Assembly (NCBI GenBank): GCA_002705055.1
Contig: PAHY01000042.1
Location: 111,350 to 175,349, forward strand
Direction: 5' to 3'
Length of the DNA: 64,000 nucleotides
Source: Planctomycetota bacterium
GTDB lineage: Bacteria; Planctomycetota; UBA1135
Under the pieces are notes generated by a model, which saw only the letters and a program-made list of their open reading frames with translations, was not told the origin of the DNA and did no database searches. The position numbers were made by a program, and so were the translations under genes. Positions 30,133 to 41,610 of this stretch are shown in pieces; within the stretch, counting starts at the first letter, position 1, and each line of letters opens with the position of its first letter.

Positions 30133-31430
30133 GTCCAGAGGCAGTCGCGGCCGTTCTCGCCGCGGAAGATCTGATCCCGTCCGGGACCCACGGAAATACG
30201 TTCGATGGGAGCGCCCATTTGCTGCTCCAGAAAACGCACGTAGTTCTGACACGTTTCGGGAAGATCCTCAAAACGTCGCACCGCGGTGATGTCCTCCTGC
30301 CAGCCGGGCAACACTTCCTGGACCGGCTCGAGCCGCTCGAGCACCGCGCCGTCGGCGGGGAACTCGGTCAGAACCTGGTCGCCGTCGCGGTAGCCGACCG
30401 TGACCGGAACCTCCTCGAAGCCCGACAGCACGTCGAGGTTGGTGAGGAAGATGCCGTCCAGCCCGTTCAGCGCGCTGGCGTAACGAGCGACGACCGCATC
30501 AAACCAGCCGCAGCGGCGCGGGCGACCCGTGGTCGCGCCGTACTCGTTGCCGGCTGCACGCAGCCGCTCCCCCATCTCGCCGTGCAGCTCGGAGGGGAAT
30601 GGACCTTCGCCGACCCGGGTGGTGTAGGCCTTGGTCACCGCATAGGCGCGGTTCAGCGAACGCGCCGGGAAGCCGGTGCCGCCGGCGATCCCGGCGACGC
30701 CCGTCCACGACGAGGTCACGAAGGGATAGGTGCCGGCGTCCAGGTCGAGCATCGCGCCCTGCGCACCTTCAAACAGGATGCGCTTGCCGTCGGCTTCAGC
30801 CTGACGCAACAGCGCGCCGCCGTCGACGACCAGACCGCGCAGCCGTTCAGCGCACTCCAGCGCCTGATCGGCGAGGCTCTCATCGAACTCCGGCTTCTGG
30901 CCGTAGACACGCTCAATCATCGCGTTCTTCTCGGCCAGCGCCGCGTGCAGCCGGCGACGGAAGTAGTCCGGGTCGAGCAGGTCTGCGACCCGAATGCCGG
31001 TGCGCGCCACCTTGTCAGCGTAGGCCGGGCCGATGCCGCGGCCGGTCGTGCCGATGCGGCCCTCGCCGCGCCAGACTTCGGCCAGGCCGTCAAGCTGCTG
31101 GTGATACGGCAGGATGACGTGCGCGCGGCCGTCAATCCGCAGCCGCTCTTCGATCGGTACGCCGCGCGCCACCAGGCCGTCCATTTCCTCGAGCAGAGCC
31201 GCCGGGTTCACCACCACGCCGCGACCGATCAGATTGATCTTGCCCTCGTGCAGGATGCCACCCGGGATCAGGTGCAGCACGTACTTCTCTTCGCCGACGA
31301 TGACGGTGTGGCCGGCGTTGTTGCCGCCGGCGTAGCGCGCGACGACATCCGCGTCGCTGGCCAGCCCGTCGATCACCTTGCCCTTGCCCTCGTCTCCCCA
31401 CTGGAGACCGATGACGGCGGTGGAACTCAT
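30129..31430 (-). CDS. purA: Adenylosuccinate synthetase
   Basis: QWGDEGKGK, GGNNAGHT, GIGPAYADK, EYGATTGRPRRCGW. Confidence 0.97.
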   Translation of the reverse strand: MSSTAVIGLQWGDEGKGKVIDGLASDADVVARYAGGNNAGHTVIVGEEKYVLHLIPGGILHEGKINLIGRGVVVNPAALLEEMDGLVARGVPIEERLRIDGRAHVILPYHQQLDGLAEVWRGEGRIGTTGRGIGPAYADKVARTGIRVADLLDPDYFRRRLHAALAEKNAMIERVYGQKPEFDESLADQALECAERLRGLVVDGGALLRQAEADGKRILFEGAQGAMLDLDAGTYPFVTSSWTGVAGIAGGTGFPARSLNRAYAVTKAYTTRVGEGPFPSELHGEMGERLRAAGNEYGATTGRPRRCGWFDAVVARYASALNGLDGIFLTNLDVLSGFEEVPVTVGYRDGDQVLTEFPADGAVLERLEPVQEVLPGWQEDITAVRRFEDLPETCQNYVRFLEQQMGAPIERISVGPGRDQIFRGENGRDCLWT

Positions 31431-31526
31431 TCTGGGACGTTTCGATTGCGGGGGATGGCGTCGAGACGCCGAAGGAGAGATTGTCCCATCGCCCCAGGGG
31501 AGTGCAAGCGAAGCCGGTCGGCCGGC

Positions 31527-33161
31527 CTAGTACTCGGGCGGGAAATAGGCCCCGAGCTCGTTCTGGAAGTCCGGGATGCGCCAGCGCGTCTGCGTGACCT
31601 CGTGCCAGGGCTCGATGAACACGAACTTGGCCCCGTCCTCGCCCTGGCGGCGCCAGACCACGGCCTTCAGCCGCAGCACCGGCCCCGGGGGCTCCTCGTA
31701 GTGGGCCTTCTGCTCCCAGCCCTCGTCCGGGATTCGGCACCAGAGGTAGACCGAGAAAATGTCCGATTGCACCCCGACGAGCGCCTCGAAGGCCTCCCGC
31801 TGCTCGGCCTCGAGCCGCTCCTCCCAGCCCTCGATGTTGGCGAGGTCTTCGAGGTTGCGGAAGTAGCGATACGGGATCTTGTCGTCCTCGCGGAAGATCG
31901 CGCGCTGCAACTCGACCTCCTCGAACTCGCGCTGCTCGCCCTCCATTTCGGCCAGGGCTTCCTCGTCGACTTCGTTGCGATAACGCAGGATCTGATCGAC
32001 AAAGAAGGACGGAAACAGCTCGGGAGGGAGCAGCCCTTCGATCACCGCCGGATGCGCGGTATTGATGTTGATCAGCGTGCCGATCGCCGCCGGCGCTTCG
32101 AGAATGTCGTCGAGGCCGCCGATGGGCTCGGTGAGAGAGGAATCCGAGTCCTCGTCCTCAAGCCCGGCATCCGCTTCCTCTTCGCCGGCGCCCGGGTCGA
32201 CATCCGAAAGGTCGTTGGCCGTGCCATCGCCCACCTGCCCCAACTCGTCGGCGCTCGGCGGATCCAGGTCGATCGTGGTGTACACGGTGAACACCGTCTC
32301 GATGCCCGGCGCGATGCGATCGCGCGCCCGGACCTGGTCGTAGAACAGCTCCTCGGTCACCGACTCGAGCAGCAGCAGCTCTTCGAGCGAGTACGGCAGA
32401 AACAGCTCGCGTACTTCCTGCGCGGCCTGCCCCCCGCCTTCGCCCCCGCCCGATCCAGCGAGCTCTTCGGCAGCCCCGGCGGAGGAACCGCTCAGCTGCG
32501 CCTCGTTCTCGAGCTGGGCGAGCAGCATGGTCGAATGACGCTGCGGGACGGGATACTCAAGATCGCGCAGGTCGCCTTCGACCCACTCGACGAACTCCTC
32601 GAGGATCCGCGCGGCTTCGCGGGAATCGAGGTCGTCCTCGAAGTCCTCGCGCATGAAGTCGAGGATGCGCACGAAGCGCTCGCGGTGCGCTTCGCGCTCC
32701 TCTTCGTCGGGATGGAAGACCTGCAGGATGTTGAACTTGCCGTTCTCGTCCTGGACGTAGCCGTGGACCTCCATTTCGCCGATCGGGAAGCGAGTCGGTC
32801 GCCACCAGTCGTCGTTGCGCGAATCCGAGTTGGAACCGTCGTCCTCTTCTTCTTCGCCGCCCTCTTCGCCTGCAGCCGGATCCTGCCCAAAGCCACCGGT
32901 CAGGCTATCGGCGGCCGCAGCGGCCTCTTCCTCCGCGCCGCCGGGCATGTCGTCCGCCAGCATGCGGAGCAGTTCATCGGCCGAGACGTCGGTGGCCGCC
33001 CGCTGCATGCGCACGCGGTTGGCCGAGTTCTCGGCGACCTGATACGACACCGAAGTGCCGATCGTGAGCTGCGCCACCAGGGCGTAGGTGATCAGAATCA
33101 CGAACAGGGTCAGCAGCAGGATGACGCCGCCTTCCTTCCGCCGCGCTGGCCTCAGCCTCAT
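31527..33161 (-). CDS. GspK-like minor pseudopilin with large acidic insertions
   Basis: Class III signal RRKEGG|VILLLTLFVIL, VQDENGKFNI, ININTAHPAVI, FRNLEDL, VQSDIFSV. Confidence 0.7.
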   Translation of the reverse strand: MRLRPARRKEGGVILLLTLFVILITYALVAQLTIGTSVSYQVAENSANRVRMQRAATDVSADELLRMLADDMPGGAEEEAAAAADSLTGGFGQDPAAGEEGGEEEEDDGSNSDSRNDDWWRPTRFPIGEMEVHGYVQDENGKFNILQVFHPDEEEREAHRERFVRILDFMREDFEDDLDSREAARILEEFVEWVEGDLRDLEYPVPQRHSTMLLAQLENEAQLSGSSAGAAEELAGSGGGEGGGQAAQEVRELFLPYSLEELLLLESVTEELFYDQVRARDRIAPGIETVFTVYTTIDLDPPSADELGQVGDGTANDLSDVDPGAGEEEADAGLEDEDSDSSLTEPIGGLDDILEAPAAIGTLININTAHPAVIEGLLPPELFPSFFVDQILRYRNEVDEEALAEMEGEQREFEEVELQRAIFREDDKIPYRYFRNLEDLANIEGWEERLEAEQREAFEALVGVQSDIFSVYLWCRIPDEGWEQKAHYEEPPGPVLRLKAVVWRRQGEDGAKFVFIEPWHEVTQTRWRIPDFQNELGAYFPPEY

Positions 33162-34525
33162 TCTTCGTCGAACGGATTGAAGATGTCGGCATACGGCTCG
33201 ATCGAGGCGGCCCGTGTCTTGATGATCGGCGTGATCACAAAGAAGACCTCCGAGGTCGTCGTCTCGGTCGAACGGTAGCTAAACAGCCAGCCCAAGAGCG
33301 GAATCGCGCCCAGGAGCGGCACCCGCGACTCGAGCTCGCGCGTTTCGTTCAGCATCAGACCGCCGATCACCACCGATTGCCCATCCCGCACCGCGACCTC
33401 GGTCTTGGCCGAGCGGTCCGTGGTCACGGGCATGAAGACATCAGGAGCGATCGCCACCAGGCGACCGGCGCGCGAGACCTGCGCGTCGATGGCGAGGTGA
33501 ATCGTGTCGGCGCCCAGCAAGGTCGGCAGCACCCGCAGGTTGACGCCGACATCGAGGAAGCCCACCGTGGCCGCGGTGTTGCCGTTGGTGTTGATGTTCT
33601 TGAACTGCTGATACGGCACCTTCTCCTTGGACGACAGCTGCGCCGCCGTGGAGTTGCGCGTCACCACGCGCGGGCGCGACACGATGTCGGCCCCTTCGAT
33701 GGTGCGGACCAGCTTCAAGAAGGCATCGAGGATGTAGGACTTGTTGATAATCGCCAATTCAAACCCACCCCCGGCCGAGGGGTAAGGGAAGTCCGTGTTA
33801 AATCCTCGTAAGAATGGCCCCGGCACCGAGACATCGGTGGGGTTGTCCCACAGCCCAGTGTTGGGATCGACGATCGGATTGCCGTTGGCGTCCAGGCGCG
33901 GATAGACGAAGGGGTTGCCGTCCTGGAGGTTCTGGAAGGTGAGCTCCTGAATGCCGCGCTCAAAGGCATCGGTGTTCGAGACCTCGACGATCTGCGCCTG
34001 GATCTCGATCTGCGGCGCGGAGTTGAAGTAGACATCCATGAAGTCGAGAACTTCGCGGATGTCTTCCTCGGTGCCCGTCAGCAGGATGACGTCCTCGCGC
34101 GGCTTGTAGGTCGGAGCCGACTGCTCGGGAGTTGCCGCCGGATTGCCGGACACGCCGTAGCCCTGCTCCACCCCGATCACCGCCGGATCCTCCGGGCGGT
34201 TGAGGCTGGGGCACCTGTCCATCAGCACCGGCACGATCACGCTCTCGGCCGAGCCGATCGGCACCGGAATCATGGCCTGTAGCTTGCCGTCGGTCTGCAG
34301 CAGAAAACGGATGAAGGGGAACTCCTCCGAGACGTGCTGCTTGCGGACCGGCGCGTTGTCGACCGCTCGCTCTTCCGCCTCTTCCTCGGCGATGGCTACG
34401 GCCTCGGGACCAGGCTGCTCAAAGGCCGGCCCAAAAGTCGAACAGCTTCCCCCTGCCAAAAGCAGGAGGAAGCTGCACAGGATCGGCCAGAGGGCCGATG
34501 GAGCGGGCGAAGGGGCAGACCGCAT
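33158..34525 (-). CDS. Short lipoprotein secretin (GspD/PilQ family)
   Basis: PQIEIQAQIVEV, SRPRVVT, DVGVNLRVLP, VRDGQSVVIGGL, VPLLGAIPLLGWLF, FVITP. Lipobox-like LAGGSC. Confidence 0.85.
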   Translation of the reverse strand: MRSAPSPAPSALWPILCSFLLLLAGGSCSTFGPAFEQPGPEAVAIAEEEAEERAVDNAPVRKQHVSEEFPFIRFLLQTDGKLQAMIPVPIGSAESVIVPVLMDRCPSLNRPEDPAVIGVEQGYGVSGNPAATPEQSAPTYKPREDVILLTGTEEDIREVLDFMDVYFNSAPQIEIQAQIVEVSNTDAFERGIQELTFQNLQDGNPFVYPRLDANGNPIVDPNTGLWDNPTDVSVPGPFLRGFNTDFPYPSAGGGFELAIINKSYILDAFLKLVRTIEGADIVSRPRVVTRNSTAAQLSSKEKVPYQQFKNINTNGNTAATVGFLDVGVNLRVLPTLLGADTIHLAIDAQVSRAGRLVAIAPDVFMPVTTDRSAKTEVAVRDGQSVVIGGLMLNETRELESRVPLLGAIPLLGWLFSYRSTETTTSEVFFVITPIIKTRAASIEPYADIFNPFDEE

Positions 34526-34565
34526 CGTGAAGCTGAGAGCTCCGCCCGGGAAACCAGCCCAGGCC

Positions 34566-34988
34566 TTAGAGCGCTTCGATGATAGCGTCGGTGAGCTCCG
34601 AGGTCTTCACCCCAGAAACGCCGCCGGTTTCGACGATGAGCTTGATGCTCTTGTCTTGGGCCACCTTCTCGAGGGTGGAGCGATAGACGGCCGTGGCTTC
34701 TTCCATCAGCTGGATGTAGCGCGCCGAGCCCTTCTCGATCTTGTCCTTGACGATGGTCTTGTAGGCCGGGATCTCGAGGTAGACCTTCTTGGAGTTGACG
34801 ACTCCGATCTTGTCCTTGGCGAGGTCCACGTCGGCCAGCTTGCCGTAACGGACCTTCGACGAATCCACCTTGGGCTCTTCGTCCTGGACGAGAGCCGTGA
34901 CCGGCAAAATAACGGAACTCGCCTGCCAGGCCGGAGCGATGGCGGCGAGTGCCCAGGCGGCGAGCACGGTAGCTGTTGTGCGAAGCAT
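34566..34988 (-). CDS. Exported protein, shortened Skp/OmpH-like
   Basis: Signal peptide. KIGVVNSKKV and KVAQDKSIKLIV...ELTDAIIEAL resemble the Skp core strands, with a short helical section between them. Confidence 0.55.
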   Translation of the reverse strand: MLRTTATVLAAWALAAIAPAWQASSVILPVTALVQDEEPKVDSSKVRYGKLADVDLAKDKIGVVNSKKVYLEIPAYKTIVKDKIEKGSARYIQLMEEATAVYRSTLEKVAQDKSIKLIVETGGVSGVKTSELTDAIIEAL

Positions 34989-35049
34989 TTTTCGATTCCC
35001 CCAGAGGTAGTCTAAAAAGACAACGCCTGAATGGAAGGTGATATGAGGC

Positions 35050-35070
35050 AAAAAACGGGGGTTCTCCCCG
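35050..35070 (-). terminator. Intrinsic terminator downstream of pnp
   Basis: The minus strand reads cggggagaacccccg-tttttt. Confidence 0.6.
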
Positions 35071-35198
35071 ATTCTCGGCTGTTTCTCGGCTCGACATGAG
35101 CCGACTACAAGATGTAGTGCGAAATTGTCGCAGGGTGACCCGATTCCGGGCCACCCTGCAGAGAGGAAACGCTGTTTCCTCACGAAAAACGACGAAAA

Positions 35199-37559
<2,361 letters not shown>

Positions 37560-37694
37560 TTTCCGCTTTCCGCAGTGTGTTCCGATTCCTGAATGCAACG
37601 TTGCCGCAGGTTCGGTGAGACGGTTTGCCTTCACCTTGAGCGCGAAGAGGGCCCGGAACGCAGCCCCAGCGCATGTCGTGAGCCCCCTGGCCCA

Positions 37695-37730
37695 CAACGA
37701 ACACGGGCACCGCAGTACGCGGTGCCCGTG
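37695..37730 (-). terminator. rpsO terminator hairpin
   Basis: 12-bp stem cacgggcaccgc-N5-gcggtgcccgtg just after the rpsO stop, followed by ttcgttg on -. Confidence 0.65.
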
Positions 37731-37736
37731 ATGGTC

Positions 37737-38006
37737 CTAGTGACGGATGCCGAGCTTCTGGACGATTGCCTGATAGCGCCCGGTGTCCTGGCGACGCAAG
37801 TAGTTGAGAAGCTTGCGGCGCTTGGCGACCATCGCCACCAGGCCGCGCGTCGTCGACTTGTCCTTGCGGTGCTTCTTGAGGTGTGTGGTGAGGTTGGAGA
37901 TGCGCGTCGTGAGGACGGCGACCTGGACCTCGACCGAGCCGGTGTCGCCCTGGTTTTGGGCGTTCTCGGCGATGACGGCGGTTTTTTCCGCTTTGCTGAC
38001 AGACAT
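37737..38006 (-). CDS. rpsO: 30S ribosomal protein S15
   Basis: DTGSVEVQVAVLT, HLKKHRKD, KRRKLLNYL. Canonical rpsO-pnp order. Confidence 0.97.
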   Translation of the reverse strand: MSVSKAEKTAVIAENAQNQGDTGSVEVQVAVLTTRISNLTTHLKKHRKDKSTTRGLVAMVAKRRKLLNYLRRQDTGRYQAIVQKLGIRH

Positions 38007-38127
38007 GTTCTTGTGCTTCCTTGAAGGTCTTGAGTGGCCGCAGAGCCCCATCAGGAGGGTGCGGACCTACGCCTCTCGCCCAGACTCAAGGACGTCCAGG
38101 ACCGAGGTCGAAGCCGGGATTGTAGCA
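38007..38127 (-). promoter_or_regulatory. rpsO promoter (extended -10 TGcTACAAT) and structured 5' leader
   Basis: TACAAT at 38124-38119. A gtccttgagt/actcaagac stem encloses a ccgca/tgcgg stem. Confidence 0.5.
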
Positions 38128-38144
38128 ATCCGGGCGCAGACGGG

Positions 38145-38684
38145 CTAGGGAGCGTCCAGATCCGGCGGCGGAGGCAGCTGCCCCACCAGCTCGGCCGCAA
38201 AGCGCCGCCGCAAGGCCGTCAGCTGGCCCGCCGAGTCGGCCGCCATGGCCAGGGAATCACTGCGCAGATCCACCCGGTACTGGTAGTCGGCCAGGAGTTC
38301 GCCTTGCTGATAGAGGCTCAGATGGACCCGCCCGCGCAGCCGCGCCGGTGGTCCCGCCTCGGGCTCCCAGTCGAGGAGACGGACCCGCAGCACCCCGGCC
38401 TCGCCGAGGGCAGGCACGTCCAGATCGATCTCCGCCCGATCCACGTAACCGCGCCCCAGCGGGCTGAAGCCGCGCTCGACGGCGGCCGCAGCGATGGCCT
38501 CGCGCAAGGCCTCCGCCTGAGTCGCCGGGTGCCGCTGACGATCCTCGACCGGGAGAATGGCAAGCTCGGCCGGAGCCACCTCGACCCGGACGATCTCCTG
38601 GCGCTCGGGCGGCGGCCCGGCGCAGGCGCCGAGCAGAGCCGCCATCAGGCAGCCCCCCGCCGCAGCCAACCGGGCCATCCCCAC
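38145..38684 (-). CDS. Hypothetical lipoprotein
   Basis: Lipobox LLGAC, LAILPVED strand, TAGTG stop/start overlap with the upstream gene. Confidence 0.6.
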   Translation of the reverse strand: MGMARLAAAGGCLMAALLGACAGPPPERQEIVRVEVAPAELAILPVEDRQRHPATQAEALREAIAAAAVERGFSPLGRGYVDRAEIDLDVPALGEAGVLRVRLLDWEPEAGPPARLRGRVHLSLYQQGELLADYQYRVDLRSDSLAMAADSAGQLTALRRRFAAELVGQLPPPPDLDAP

Positions 38685-41587
38685 TAGTTCGTCACCGTGC
38701 GATCGCCCGAGCGAGTGCGTGCGTTCCAGTCGCGCTCCAGCTCGCGGAAGAAGAAGCCCTGCTCGCTGAAGCCGGCCGGCATATGGAAGGCCTCGACCAG
38801 CATGGTCCAGACCGCGTCCACGTTGTCATCCAGCGGCGAGCTGTCGAGCGTCGGGAAGGGCGGGTTCCCGGCGGCGCGTTCGCTGGCCGGGACCCACAGA
38901 TCCCATTGCACCGTGCCGTCGTCGAGCACCACGATGTAGTAGCCGGCGTCGCCATCGAGCGAGAGCGAGTCGCGGAAGCCGAGCGGCGTGCCGTAGTAGG
39001 CCTGTGGATCCACGCCCGCGGTCTGGACCGTGGGGACGTTGCTGGGCCAGGCCAGGTTGTTCGGCCCGGCTGCGGAGGCGTCGCGCACGCGCGCGGTGAG
39101 CCGCGCGCCGTTGGCGAAGTCGGCTTCCGCCATCAGGTCGACTTCCAGGTCGGCGAAGGCCGTACCGGCGTAGTCGGCGGCTGCCTGACGCACCGCGTCG
39201 ACCACCGTGATGGTCGAGGAGGTCGCGCCCGAACCCGCGCCCAGCTCTTCGCCGGCGGCGATCGTCACCGGGCCCATCAGGCCGGGCAGCGTCGCCAGCG
39301 CAGCGGTGCGGAGTGCATCTTCGCCAGCCAGCGCCGGGAAGTTGAGCGGGAAGTTGACCCGCGCCGCGGCGGCAATCTCGATCATGTCGAGACTCGGCGA
39401 AGCGGCGATGGTGCTGGCGCTGAAGGGGTCGACCACAACCCGCGGATCGAGCGCATACTGCGTGAAGGGGTCGGTCGTGCTGAGGCGGAAGAAGCCGCCG
39501 AACCAGCCCGGGCGATCGGCGAACACCGGGGCGCCGCCGAACTCAAAACCGAAGGGCACGGTGGCATCGCTGGTCGCATCGGCGATCGAGCGGCCGTCGG
39601 CGTCCGTCAGCAGCGGGCTGGCCATGCGCAGCTCCCCGCCGTTGGCGTTGGCCAGGCTGACCAGCGGCGAGACCACCTGCGTGCCCCCTACCGTGGGGCG
39701 CAGCGGCAGCGACACGGTCGTGCTCTGCAGCCCGTAGAAGGTCGCGCTGTGGTACCCCGCCGCCTGGATGGTGACGTGGTAGGCGCGGCCCGCCAGGCCG
39801 GTGAAGGTCGTCTGTCCGGTCACCGAGTTGACCGCGGCGCGGAAGTCGCTGCCATCGGCGGCTTCGATCTGCATGATGCAGCCGAAGATCGGTGCCAGCG
39901 TGCGCGCATCGATCGCCTGGACAGTCATCGAGTCGGCGCTGGCGACGTCGCCGACGAAGCCGCGGAAGCCGACCCGGCCGGTCACGGTTTCGACCATCGG
40001 GTTCCCCGCCGCATCATCGAGTGAGAGCTCGAAGGGCGTGGTGCCGAGCGAGTAGCGGTTGGCGTCGGTGACCCCGGGGGTGTCGGCGCCGAGGAAGAAG
40101 TTGTTGGCGCTGGGCGAGGCCGCCGCTTGCGCCGCGAAGCCACCGCCGTTGACGCTGGCTTCGGCCAGCCCGATCGGCTCGTTGGCGCTGCCGTACGGAC
40201 GCAGCTCGGGGAGGTCGGTCAGGAAGGTGCCGGCGCTGCTCGCGAAGGGCGGACCGAAGCGCGTGAGCGAAGGCGGAACGGTGTCTTGGACCAGCCCGTC
40301 GAGCCCGCGCACCAGGCTGCGGCGAGTGCCGCGCTGCGACCAGGCGTGGACCGCGAGCGGGCCTTCCCGCAGCTTGGACAGCGCCGGGAACATCGGATCG
40401 GCCTGGAAGTCGAAGCTGAACACGACCTCGGCGCCGGCCGCCTGAGCCGTGGTGAGCACGGTCGAGCGCTGTTCGAAGGCGACCCCGTTGGCGGCGCTGG
40501 CTGCAACGGTCTCGCCGATGCGAGTGAACAGCACATCCCCCGCGACCACTCCCGAGCCGGTCATAGCGACCCGCAAGGGATAAGCCGGCAGCAGCGCAAG
40601 GTTGAGGTTCTGATCCTCGCCCCCCATCGTCGACGCCGTCGACAGCGTCGTGGGCGGCCCAAAGTCAATCGTGTCCCAGGCAGCTTGGTAAGCGGTCAGC
40701 AGCGTGTTGGGATTGAACTCGGTGTCTTCCACGCCCGGGTCCACCGACACCGCCAAGCGCGCGCCCAGGTCGAGCGCGCCGGCCCCCTCGGTGCGGGTGT
40801 AAGGGAAGACGCGACCGTTCAGCTCGGCTGCAGCCGGCGCATCGACGGCCGCGAAACCGAGCGGGTTGCCTCCCGCATCGACCTGCTCGACGCGGATGTT
40901 GGCGACCGCCGTTTCGTAGCTGACCGGCTTTGAAAACACGACCAGCACATCGCCATCGTGCGGTTCATCGTCGGCTCCGGCAGGCGGAAAACTGCCCACG
41001 ACTTGCGGCGCCAGCCCGCTCGTCGCGCTGGCGGTCGTGAAGCGGGCGAGCACTCCGCTCGCAGGAGGGCTCAACCGACTGCCGCTGAGATCATGGACGC
41101 CATCGCTGGCAAAAATCTCATACTCGGTGCTCGCGCTGAGCGGCGAGGTCGGCGTGAGGACCACGCAGCGGTTGCCGTTGAAGAAGCTCGTCGTGCGGTT
41201 GATCCCGCCGCCGCCATCGGCGCGACGCACACCGAGGCTGCCGAGATCAATCGAACTCTGAGCGATCGTCTCCGAGAACCAGACCACGATCGGCGTGCGC
41301 ACATCGACGCCCGTGGCACCGTTGCGGGGCCCGAAGGCCTCGGCGCGCGGCGCGGCCGCCAGGACGAGCGCCCCATCAAACAACGCCTGCGGCGGTGCCG
41401 GCGGATTGGGCGGCTCGCCGCCGTTTCCCCCACCGCCGCCGCCTTCGCCACCGCTGCTGCCGCCGTTGTTGCCACTGAACACCTTGCCCGCGTTCGAGGT
41501 ACAGGTACCACCGAACAGGCTGAAGGAAAGGATCAGGGCGACGGCGAGCAGGCCGCGGACCCAGGTCTCGGAGCGTCCTTGCGTCAT
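38684..41587 (-). CDS. Large exported/lipoprotein with bacterial Ig-like (Big_5/SbsA-type) domains
   Basis: Signal ending FGGTC, Gly/Pro linker, PRNGATGVDVRTPIVVWFSETI and PQVVGSFPPAGA...VLVVFSKPV, later FTGLAGRAYHVTIQAAGY. Confidence 0.7.
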   Translation of the reverse strand: MTQGRSETWVRGLLAVALILSFSLFGGTCTSNAGKVFSGNNGGSSGGEGGGGGGNGGEPPNPPAPPQALFDGALVLAAAPRAEAFGPRNGATGVDVRTPIVVWFSETIAQSSIDLGSLGVRRADGGGGINRTTSFFNGNRCVVLTPTSPLSASTEYEIFASDGVHDLSGSRLSPPASGVLARFTTASATSGLAPQVVGSFPPAGADDEPHDGDVLVVFSKPVSYETAVANIRVEQVDAGGNPLGFAAVDAPAAAELNGRVFPYTRTEGAGALDLGARLAVSVDPGVEDTEFNPNTLLTAYQAAWDTIDFGPPTTLSTASTMGGEDQNLNLALLPAYPLRVAMTGSGVVAGDVLFTRIGETVAASAANGVAFEQRSTVLTTAQAAGAEVVFSFDFQADPMFPALSKLREGPLAVHAWSQRGTRRSLVRGLDGLVQDTVPPSLTRFGPPFASSAGTFLTDLPELRPYGSANEPIGLAEASVNGGGFAAQAAASPSANNFFLGADTPGVTDANRYSLGTTPFELSLDDAAGNPMVETVTGRVGFRGFVGDVASADSMTVQAIDARTLAPIFGCIMQIEAADGSDFRAAVNSVTGQTTFTGLAGRAYHVTIQAAGYHSATFYGLQSTTVSLPLRPTVGGTQVVSPLVSLANANGGELRMASPLLTDADGRSIADATSDATVPFGFEFGGAPVFADRPGWFGGFFRLSTTDPFTQYALDPRVVVDPFSASTIAASPSLDMIEIAAAARVNFPLNFPALAGEDALRTAALATLPGLMGPVTIAAGEELGAGSGATSSTITVVDAVRQAAADYAGTAFADLEVDLMAEADFANGARLTARVRDASAAGPNNLAWPSNVPTVQTAGVDPQAYYGTPLGFRDSLSLDGDAGYYIVVLDDGTVQWDLWVPASERAAGNPPFPTLDSSPLDDNVDAVWTMLVEAFHMPAGFSEQGFFFRELERDWNARTRSGDRTVTN

Positions 41588-41610
41588 GAACCCCCTCTAT
41601 AATGCCGTCG

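Noticed and set aside
30219-33278. 1019-aa plus-strand ORF
   Set aside because: Antisense shadow of purA and the GspK-like gene with no motifs; expected in high-GC coding DNA.
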